NCBI GenBank assembly: GCA_964016885.1
Contig: OZ024755.1
Span: 44,082,001-44,146,000, forward strand
Direction of reading: 5' to 3'
Source of the DNA: Eledone cirrhosa
Taxonomy: Eukaryota
DNA: 64,000 nt
Of this stretch, positions 1-13,000 are shown in pieces. The notes below the pieces were generated by a model. That model did no database searches. It had not been told where the DNA came from and saw nothing but the letters and a program-made list of their open reading frames with translations. Within the stretch, counting starts at the first letter, position 1. The number at the start of each line of letters is the position of its first letter. Both the position numbers and the translations under genes were made by a program.

Positions 1-1039
1 TGTGTACCACAGTTGACAGTACCAACGTATACTGTGCACCACTGTTGACAGTACCAACATATACTGTGTACCACAGTTGACAATACCAACATATACTGTG
101 TACCACAGTTGACAATACCAACACATATAGTGTACCACAGTTGACAGTACCAACGTATACTGTGTACCACAGTTGCGAATGCCAACATATACTGTGTACC
201 ACAGTTGAGAGTACCAACATGTACCGTGTACCACAGTTGACACTACCAACGTATACTGTGTACCACAGTTGACAATACCAACATATACTGTGTACCACAG
301 TTGACAGTACCAACATATATTGTGTACCACAGTTGAAAGTACCAACGTATACTGTGTACCACAGTTGACAACACCAACATATACTGTGTACCACAGTTGA
401 CAGTACCAACATATACTGTATACCACAGTTGACAGTACCAACATATACTGTGTACCACAGTTGACAGTACCAACATATACTGTGTACCACAGTTGACAGT
501 ACCAACATATACTGTATACCACAGTTGACAGTACCAACATATACTGTGTACCACTGTTGACAGTACCAACATATACCGTGTACCACAGTTGACAGTACCA
601 ACAGATACTGTGTACCACAACTGACACTACCAACATATACTTGTACCTCAGTTGACAGTATTACCATATATTGTGTACCACCGTTGACAATACCAACGTA
701 TACTGTGTACCACAGTTGACAGTACCAACGTATACTGTGCACCACTTTTGAGAGTACCAAAATATACTGTGTACCACATTTGACAATACCAACATATACT
801 GTGTACCACAGTTGACAATACCAACACATATAGTGTACCACAGTTGACAGTACCAACGAATACTGTGTACCATAGTTGACAGTACCAAAATATACTGTGT
901 GCCACAGTTGACAGTACTAAGGGTATACTGTGTACCACACTTGACAGTACCAACATATAACGTGTACCACAGTTGGCAGTACCATCATATACTGTGTACC
1001 ACAGTTGACAGTACCAACATATACTGTGTACCACAGTTG

Positions 1040-4000
1040 ACAGTACCAACATATACTGTGTACCATAGTTGACAGTACCAACGTATATTGTGTACCACAG
1101 TTGACAGTACCAACATACACCGTGTACGACAGTTGACAGTACCAACATATACTGTGTACCACAGTTGAGAGTACCAACATAAACTGTGTACCATAGTTGA
1201 CAGTACCAACATATACTGTGTACCACAGTTGACAGTACCAACATATACTGTGTACCACAGTTGACAGTACCAACATATACTGTATACCACAGTTGACAGT
1301 ACCAACATATACTGTGTACCACAGTTGACAGTACCAACATATACTGTGTACCACAGTTGACAGTACCAACATATACTGTGTACCACAGTTGACAGTACTA
1401 ACATATACTGTTTACTACAGTTGACAGTACCATCATATACTGTGTACCACAGTTGACAGTACCAACATGTACTGTGTACCACAGTTGACAGTACCAACAT
1501 ATACTGTGTACCACAGTTGGCAGTACCAACATATAATGTGTACCTCAGTTGTCAGTACCAACATATACTGTGTACCACAGTTGACAGTACCAACGTATAC
1601 TGTGTACCACAGTTGACAGTACCAACGTATACTGTGTACCACCGCTGACAGTACCAATATGTACTGTGTAACAAAGTTGACAATACCAACATATAATGTG
1701 TACCACAGTTGACAGTACCAACGTATACTGTGTACCACTGTTGACAATACCAACATATACTGTGTACCACAGTTGACAGTACCAACATATACAGTGTACC
1801 ACAGTTGACAGTACCAACATATACTGTGTACCACAGTTCACAGTACCAACGTATACTGTGTACCACATTTGAAAGTACCAACATATACTGTGTACCACAG
1901 TTGACAGTAGCAACATATACTGTGTACCACTGTTCACAGTACCAACATATACCGTGTACCACAGTTGACAGTACCAACATATACTGTGTACCACTGTTGA
2001 CAGTACCAACATATACTGTGTACCACAGTTCACAGTACCAACATGTACCTTGTACCACAGTTGACAGTACCAACATATACTGTGTACCACAGTTGACAAT
2101 ACCAACATATACTGTGTACCACAGTTGAAAGTACCAACTTATACATAGTACCACAGTTGACAGTACCAACATATACTGTGTACCACAGTTGACAGTACCA
2201 ACGTATACTGTGTACCACAGTTGACAATACCAACATGTACTGTGTACCACAGTTGACAGTACCAACATATACTGTATACCACAGTTGATAGAACCAACAT
2301 ATACTGTGTACCACAGTTGACAGTACCAACATATACTGTATACCACAGTTGACAGTACCAACATATACTGTGTACCACAGCTGACACTACCAACATATAC
2401 TTGTACCTCAGTTGACAGTACTACCATATATTGTGTACCACCGTTGACAATACCAACGTATACTGTGTACCACAGTTGACAGTACCAACACATATAGTGT
2501 ACCACAGTTGACAGTACCAACGTATACTGTGTACCACAGTTGCCAATGCCAACATATACTGTGTACCACAGTTGAGAGTACCAACATATACTGTGTACCA
2601 CAGTTGACAGTACCAACATATACTGTGTACCACAGTTGACAGTACCAATGTATACTGTGTACCACTGTTGACAGTACCAAAATATACTGTGTACCACAGT
2701 TGACAGTACCAACGTATACTGTGTACCACTGGTGACAGTACCAACATATAACGTGTACCACAGTTGGCAGTACCATCATATACTGTGTACCACAGTTGAC
2801 AGTACCAACATATACTGTGTACCACAGTTGACAGTACCAACATATACTGTGTACCATAGCTGACATTACCAACGTATATTGTGTACCACAGTTGACAGTA
2901 CCAACATACACCGTGTACGACAGTTGACAGTACCAACATATACTGTGTACCACATTTGAGAGTACCAACATAAACTGTGTACCACAGTTGACAGTACCAA
3001 CATATACTGTGTACCACAGTTGACAGTACCAACATATACTGTATACCACAGTTGACAGTACCAACACATACTGTGTACCACAGTTGACAGTACCAACATA
3101 TACTGTGTACCACAGTTGACAGTACCAACATATACTGTGTACCAGAGTTGACAGTACCAACATATACTGTGTACCACAGTTGACAGTACTAACATATACT
3201 CTGTACTACTGTTGACAGTACCAACATATACTGTGTACCATAGTTGACAGTACCAACGTATATTGTGTACCACAGTTGACAGTACCAACATACACCGTGT
3301 ACGACAGTTGACAGTACCAACATATACTGTGTACCACAGTTGTGAGTACCAACATAAACTGTGTACCATAGTTGACAGTACCAACATATACTGTGTACCA
3401 CAGTTGACAGTACCAACATATACTGTGTACCACAGTTGACAGTACCAACATATACTGTATACCACAGTTGACAGTACCAACATATACTGTGTACCACAGT
3501 TGACAGTACCAACATATACTGTGTACCACAGTTGACAGTACCAACATATACTGTGTACCACAGTTGACAGTACTAACATATACTGTGTACTACAGTTGAC
3601 AGTACCAACATATACTGTGTACCACAGTTGACAGTACCAACATGTACTGTGTACCACAGTTGACAGTACCAACATATACTGTGTACCACAGTTGGCAGTA
3701 CCAACATATAATGTGTACCTCAGTTGTCAGTACCAACATATACTGTGTACCACAGTTGACAGTACCAACGTATACTGTGTACCACAGTTGACAGTACCAA
3801 CGTATACTGTGTACCAGCGCTGACAGTACCAATATATACTGTGTAACACAGTTGACAATACCAACATATAATGTGTACCACAGTTGACAGTACCAACGTA
3901 TACTGTGTACCACTGTTGACAATACTAACATATACTGTGTACCACAGTTGACAGTACCAACATATACAGTGTACCACAGTTGACAGTACCAACATATACT

Positions 4001-7000
4001 GTGTACCACAGTTCACAGTACCAACGTATACTGTGTACCACTTTTGACAGTACCAACATATACTGTGTACCACAGTTGACAGTACCAACATATACTGTGT
4101 ACCACTGTTGACATTACCAACATATAGCGTTTCCCACAGTTGACAGTACCAACATATACAATGTACCTCTGTTGACAGTACCAACATATACTGTGTACCA
4201 CAGTTGACAGTACCAACATGTACCGTGTACCACAGTTGAAAGTGCCAACGTATACTGTGTACCACAGTTGACAATACCAACATATACTGTGTACCACAGT
4301 TGAAAGTACCAACGGATACTTTGTACCACAGTTGACAGTACCAACATATACTGTGTACCACATTTGACAGTACCAACGTATACTGTATACCAGAGTTGAC
4401 AATACCAACATATACTGTGTACCACAGTTGACAGTACCAACATATACTGTATACCACAGTTGACAGAACCAACATATACTGTGTACCACAGTTGACAGTA
4501 CCAACATATACTGTGTACCACAGTTGACAGTACCAACATATACTGTATACCACAGTTGACAGTACCAACATATACTGTGTACCACTGTTGACAGTACCAA
4601 CATATACCGTGTACCACAGTTGACAGTACCAACATATACTGTGTACCACAGCTGACACTACCAACATATACTTGTACCTCAGTTGACAGTACTACCATAT
4701 ATTGTGTACCACCGTTGACAATACCAACGTATACTGTGTACCACAGTTGACAGTACCAACACATATAGTGTACCACAGTTGACAGTACCAACGTATACTG
4801 TGTACCACAGTTGCCAATGCCAACATATACTGTGTACCACAGTTGAGAGTACCAACATATACTGTGTACCACAGTTGACAGTACCAACATATACTGTGTA
4901 CCACAGTTGACAGTACCAACATATACTGTGTACCACAGTTGACAGTACCAACATATACTGTGTACCACAGTTGACAGTACCAACGTATACTGTGTACCAC
5001 TGGTGACAGTACCAACATATAACGTGTACCACAGTTGGCAGTACCATCATATACTGTGTACCACAGTTGACAGTACCAACATATACTGTGTACCACAGTT
5101 GACAGTACCAACATATACTGTGTACCATAGCTGACATTACCAACGTATATTGTGTACCACAGTTGACAGTACCAACATACACCGTGTACGACAGTTGACA
5201 GTACCAACATATACTGTGTACCACAGTTGAGAGTACCAACATAAACTGTGTACCACAGTTGACAGTACCAACATATACTGTGTACCACAGTTGACAGTAC
5301 CAACATATACTGTATACCACAGTTGACAGTACCAACACATACAGTGTACCACAGTTGACAGTACCAACATATACTGTGTACCACAGTTGACAGTACCAAC
5401 ATATACTGTGTACCAGAGTTGACAGTACCAACATATACTGTGTACCACAGTTGACAGTACTAACATATACTGTGTACCACAGTTGACAGTACCAACATGT
5501 ACTGTGTACCACAGTTGACAGTACCAACATATACTGTGTACCACAGTTGGCAGTACCGACATATACTGTGTACCTCAGTTGACAGTACCAACATATACTG
5601 TGTACCACAGTTGACAGTACCAACGTATACTGTGTACCACAGTTGACCGTACCAACATAAACTGTGTAACACAGTTGACAATACCAACATTATAATGTGT
5701 ACCACAGTTGACAGTACCAACGTATACTGTGTACCACTGTTGACAATACCAACATATACTGTGTACCACAGTTCACAGTACCAACGTATACTGTGTACCA
5801 CATTTGACAGTACCAACATATACTGTGTACCACAGTTCACAGTACCAACATATACTGTGTACCACTGTTGACAGTACCAACATATACCGTGTACCACAGT
5901 TGTCAGTACCAACATATACTGTGTACCACTGTTGACAGTACCAACATATACTGTATACCACAGTTGACAGGACCAACATATACTGTGTACCACTGTTGAC
6001 AGTACCAACATATACTGTGTACCACAGTTGACACTACCAACATAAACTGTATACCACAGTTGACAGTACCAACATATACTGGGTACCACAGTTGACAGTA
6101 CCAACATATACTGTGTACCATAGTTGACAGTACCAACGTATATTGTGTACCACAGTTGAGAGTACCAACATAAACCGTGTACGACAGTTGACAGTACCAA
6201 CATATACTGTGTACCAGAGTTGAGAGTACCAACATATACTGTGTACCACAGTTGACAGTACCAACATATACTGTGTACCACAGTTGACAGTACCAACATA
6301 TACTGTGTACCACAGTTGACAGTACCAACATATACTGTATACCACAGTTAACAGTACCAACATATACTGTTTACCACAGTTGACAGTACCAACATATACT
6401 GTGTACCACAGTTGACAATACTAACATATACTGTGTACCACAGTTGGCAGTACCAACATATACTGTGTACCTCAGTTGACAGTACCAACATATAGTGTGT
6501 ACCACAGTTGACAATACCAACATATACTGTGTACCACAGTTGACAGTACCAACATATACTGTGTACCACAGTTGACAGTACCAACATATACTGTGTACCT
6601 CAGTTAACAGTACCCACATATTCTGTGTATCAGAGTTGACAGTACCAACATATACTGTGTACCACAGTTGACAGTACCAACATATACTGTGTACCTCAGT
6701 TAACAGTACCCACATATACTGTGTATCAGAGTTGACAGTACCAACATATACTGTGTATCACAGTTGACAGTACCAACATATACTGTGTACCACAGTGTAC
6801 ACTAACAACATATACTGTGTACCACAGTTGACAGTACCAACATATACTGTGTACCACAGTTGACAGTACCATCATATACTGTGTACCACATTTGACAGTA
6901 CCAACGTATACTGTGTACCACAGTTGACAGTACCATCGTATACTGTGTACCACAGTTGATAGTACCAACGTATACTGTGTATCAGAGTTGACAGTACCAA

Positions 7001-10000
7001 CATATACTCTGTACCACAGTTGACAGTACCAAAATATACTGTGTACCACAGCTGACACTACCAACATATACTTGTAACTCTGTTGACGGTACTAACATAT
7101 ACTGTGTACCACAGTTGACGGTACCAACGTATACTGTGTACCACAGTTGAAAGTACCAACGTATCCTGTGTACCACAGTTGACAGTACCAGTATATACTG
7201 TGTACCACAGTTGACAATACCAACATATACTGTGTACCACAGTTGACAGTACCAACGTATACTGTGTACCATTGTTGACAGTACCAACATATACTGTGTA
7301 CCACAGTTGACAGTACCAACATATACAGTGTACCACAGTTGACAGTACCAACATATACTGTGTACCACAGTTGACAGTACCAACATATACTGGGTGCCAC
7401 TTTTCACAGTACCAACATATACTGTGTACCACAGTTGACAATGCCATCATATAGTGTGTACCACAATTGACAGTACCAACATATACTGTGTACCACAGTT
7501 GACAGTACCATCTTATACTGTGTACCACAGTTGACAGTACCAACGTATACTGTGTACCACAGTTGACAATACTAACATATACTGTGTACCACAGTTGAAA
7601 GTACCAACGTATACTGTGTACCACAGTTGACAGTACCAACATATACTGTGTACCACAGTTGACAGTACCAACGTATACTGTGTACCACAGTTGACAATAC
7701 CAACATATACTATGTACCACAGTTGACAGTAACAACATATACTGTATACCACAGTTGACAGTACCAACATATACTGTGTACCAGAGTTGACAGTACCAAC
7801 ATATACTGTGTACCACAGTTGACAGTACCAACATATACTGTATACAACAGTTAACAGTACCAACATATACTGTGTACCACTGTTGACAGTACCAACACAT
7901 ACCGTGTACCACAGTTGACAGTACCAACATATACTGTGTACCACAGCTGACACTACCAACATATACTTGTACCTCAGTTGACAGTACTACCATATATTGT
8001 GTACCACCGTTGACAATACCAACGTATACTGTGTACCACAGTTGACAGTACCAACGTATACTGTGTACCACAGTTGACAGTACCAACATATACTGTGTAC
8101 CACAGCTGACAATACCAGCATATACTGTTTACCACAGTTGACAGTACCAACGTATACTGTGTACCACAGTTGCCAATGCCAACATATACTGTGTACCACA
8201 GTTGACAGTACCAACATATACTGTGTACCACAGTTGACAGTACCAACATATACTGTGTACCACAGTTGACAGTACCAATGTATACTGTGTACCACTGTTG
8301 ACAGTACCAAAATATGCTGTGTACCACAGTTGACAGTACCAACGTATACTGTGTACCACAGTTGACAGTACCAACGTATATTGTGTACCACAGTTGACAG
8401 TACAAACATACACTGTGTACGACAGTTGACAGTACCAACATATACTGTGTACCACAGTTGAGAGTACCAACATAAACTGTGTACCACAGTTGACAGTACC
8501 AACATATACTGTGTACCACAGTTGATAGTACCAACATATACTGTGTACCACAGTTGACAGTACCAACATATACTGTATACCACAGTTGACAGTACCAACA
8601 TATACTGTGTACCACAGTTGACAGTACCAACATATACTGTGTACCACAGTTGACAGTACCAACATATACTGTATACCACAGTTGACAGTACCAACATATA
8701 CTGTGTACCACAGTTGACAGTACTAACATATACTGTCTACTACAGTTGACAGTACCAACATATACTGTGTACCACAGTTGACAGTACCAACATGGACTGT
8801 GTACCACAGTTGACAGTACCAACATATACTGTGTACCACATTTGGCAGTACCAACATATACTGTGTACCTCAGTTGACAGTACCAACATATATTGTGTAC
8901 CAAAGTTGACAGTACCAACGTATACTGTGTACCACAGTTGAGAGTACCAACGTATATTGTGTACCACAGTTGAGAGTACCAACATATACAGTGTACCACA
9001 GTTGACAGTACCAACATATACTGTGTACCACAGTTGACAGTACCAACATATACTGTGTACCACAGTTGACAGTACCAACATGTACCGTGAACTACAGTTG
9101 ACAGTACCAACGTATACTGTGTACCACAGTTGAGAGTAACAACCTATAGTGTGTACCACAGTTGACAGTACCAACATATACTGTGTACCACAGTTGACAG
9201 TACCAACATATACTGTGTACCGCAGTTCACAGGACCAACGTATACTGTGTACCACATTTGACAGTACCAACATATACTGTGTACCACAGTTGACAGTACC
9301 AACATATACTGTGTACCACTGTTGACAGTACCAACATATACCGTGTACCACAGTTGACAGTACCAACATATACTGTGTACCACTGTTGACAGTACCAACA
9401 TATACTGTGTACCACAGCTGACAGTACCAACATATACTGTATACCACAGTTGACAGTACCAACATATACTGTGTACCACAGTTGACAGTACCAACATATA
9501 CTGTGTACCACAGTTGACTGTACCAACATATACTGTGTACCACAGTTGACAGTACCAATGTATACTGTGTACCACTGTTGACAGTACCAACATATACTGT
9601 GTACCACAGTTGACAGTAGCAACGTATACTGTGTACCACAGTTGACAGTTCCAACATATAACGTGTACCACAGTTGGCAGTACCATCATATACTGTGTAC
9701 CACAGTTGACAGTACCAACATATACTGGGTACCACAGTTGACAGTACCAACGTATATTGTGTACCACAGTTGACAGTAGCAACGTATACTGTGTACCACA
9801 GTTGACAGTTCCAACATATAACGTGTACCACAGTTGGCAGTACCATCATATACTGTGTACCAGAGTTAACAGTACCAACATATACTGTGTACCATAATTG
9901 ACAGTACCAACGTATATTGTGTACCACACTTGACAGTACCAACATACACCGTGTACGACAGTTGACAGTACCAACATATACTGTGTACCACAGTTGAGAG

Positions 10001-13000
10001 TACCAACATATACTGTGTACCTCAGTTGACAGTACTAACATATACTGTGTACCATAGTTGACAGTACCAACGTATATTGTGTACCACAGTTGACAGTACC
10101 AACATACACCGTGTACGACAGTTGACAGTACCAACATATACTGTGTACCACAGTTGAGAGTACCAACATAAACTGTGTACCATAGTTGACAGTACCAACA
10201 TATACTGCGTACCACAGTTGACAGTACCAACATATACTGTGTACCACAGTTGACAGTACCAACATATACTGTATACCACAGTTGACAGTACCAACATATA
10301 CTGTGTACCACTGTTGACAGTACCAACATATACTGTGTACCACAGTTGACAGTACCAACATATACTGTGTACCACAGTTGACAGTACTAAGATATACTGT
10401 GTACTACAGTTGACAGTACCATCATATACTGTGTACCACAGTTGACAGTACCAACATGTACTGTGTACCACAGTTGACAGTACCAACATATACTGTGTAC
10501 CACAGTTGGCAGTACCAACATATAATGTGTACCTCAGTTGTCAGTACCAACATATACTGTGTACCACAGTTGACAGTACCAACGTATACTGTGTACCACA
10601 GTTGACAGTACCAACGTATACTGTGTACCACCGCTGACAGTACCAATATGTACTGTGTAACAAAGTTGACAATACCAACATATAATGTGTACCACAGTTG
10701 ACAGTACCAACGTATACTGTGTACCACTGTTGACAATACCAACATATACTGTGTACCACAGTTGACAGTACCAACATATACAGTGTACCACAGTTGACAG
10801 TACCAACATATACTGTGTACCACAGTTCACAGTACCAACGTATACTGTGTACCACATTAGAAAGTACCAACATATACTGTGTACCACAGTTGACAGTACC
10901 AACATATACTGTGTACCACTGTTGACAGTACCAACATATACCGTGTACCACAGTTGACAGTACCAACATATACTGTGTACCACTGTTGACAGTACCAACA
11001 TATACTGTGTACCACAGTTCACAGTACCAACATGTACCTTGTACCACAGTTGACAGTACCAACATATACTGTGTACCACAGTTGACAATACCAACATATA
11101 CTGTGTACCACAGCTGACAATACCAGCATATACTGTTTACCACAGTTGACAGTACCAACGTATACTGTGTACCAGAGTTGCCAATGCCAACATATACTGT
11201 GTACCACAGTTGACAGTACCAACATATACTGTGTACCACAGTTGACAGTACCAACATATACTGTGTACCACAGTTGACAGTACCAATGTATACTGTGTAC
11301 CACTGTTGACAGTACCAAAATATGCTGTGTACCACAGTTGACAGTACCAACGTATACTGTGTACCACAGTTGACAGTACCAACGTATATTGTGTACCACA
11401 GTTGACAGTACAAACATACACTGTGTACGACAGTTGACAGTACCAACATATACTGTGTACCACAGTTGAGAGTACCAACATAAACTGTGTACCACAGTTG
11501 ACAGTACCAACATATACTGTGTACCACAGTTGATAGTACCAACATATACTGTGTACCACAGTTGACAGTACCAACATATACTGTATACCACAGTTGACAG
11601 TACCAACATATACTGTGTACCACAGTTGACAGTACCAACATATACTGTGTACCACAGTTGAGAGTACCAACATGTAACGTGTACCACAGTTGACAGTACC
11701 AACGTATACTGTGTACCACAGTTGACAGTACTAACATATACTGTCTACTACAGTTGACAGTACCAACATATACTGTGTACCACAGTTGACAGTACCAACA
11801 TGGACTGTGTACCACAGTTGACAGTGCCAACATATACTGTGTACCACATTTGGCAGTACCAACATATACTGTGTACCTCAGTTGACAGTACCAACATATA
11901 TTGTGTACCAAAGTTGACAGTACCAACGTATACTGTGTACCACAGTTGACAGTACCAACTTATATTGTGTACCACAGTTGAGAGTACCAACATATACAGT
12001 GTACCACAGTTGACAGTACCAACATATACTGTGTACCACAGTTGACAGTACCAACATATACTGTGTACCACAGTTGACAGTACCAACATGTACCGTGAAC
12101 CACAGTTGACAGTACCAACGTATACTGTGTACCACAGTTGAGAGTAACAACGTATAGTGTGTACCACAGTTGACAGTACCAACATATACTGTGTACCACA
12201 GTTGACAGTACCAACATATACTGTGTACCGCAGTTCACAGGACCAACGTATAATGTGTACCAGATTTGACAGTACCAACATATACTGTGTACCACAGTTG
12301 ACAGTACCAACATATACTGTGTACCACTGTTGACAGTACCAACATATACCGTGTACCACAGTTGACAGTACCAACATATACTGTGTACCACTGTTGACAG
12401 TACCAACATATACTGTGTACCACAGCTGACAGTACCAACATATACTGTATACCACAGTTGACAGTACCAACATATACTGTGTACCACAGTTGACAGTACC
12501 AACATATACTGTGTACCACAGTTGACTGTACCAACATATACTGTGTACCACAGTTGACAGTACCAATGTATACTGTGTACCACTGTTGACAGTACCAACA
12601 TATACTGTGTACCACAGTTGACAGTAGCAACGTATACTGTGTACCACAGTTGACAGTTCCAACATATAACCTGTACCACAGTTGGCAGTACCATCATATA
12701 CTGTGTACCACAGTTGACAGTACCAACATATACTGGGTACCACAGTTGACAGTACCAACGTATATTGTGTACCACAGTTGACAGTAGCAACGTATACTGT
12801 GTACCACAGTTGACAGTTCCAACATATAACGTGTACCACAGTTGGCAGTACCATCATATACTGTGTACCACAGTTAACAGTACCAACATATACTGTGTAC
12901 CATAATTGACAGTACCAACGTATATTGTGTACCACACTTGACAGTACCAACATACACCGTGTACGACAGTTGACAGTACCAACATATACTGTGTACCACA

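Noticed and set aside
917-923. Telomere-like TAAGGG
   Set aside because: It is an isolated insertion variant and not a tandem TTAGGG-type tract. The monomer has no G-rich telomeric strand.
1677-1697. Bacterial sigma70 promoter array: each monomer has a perfect TTGACA (-35) followed by TATACT, or TATAAT in some variants (-10-like)
   Set aside because: The spacer is only 9 bp (or 41 bp to the next unit), not the required ~16-18 bp. There is no downstream gene, and the context is a eukaryote-like satellite. Treated as coincidence.
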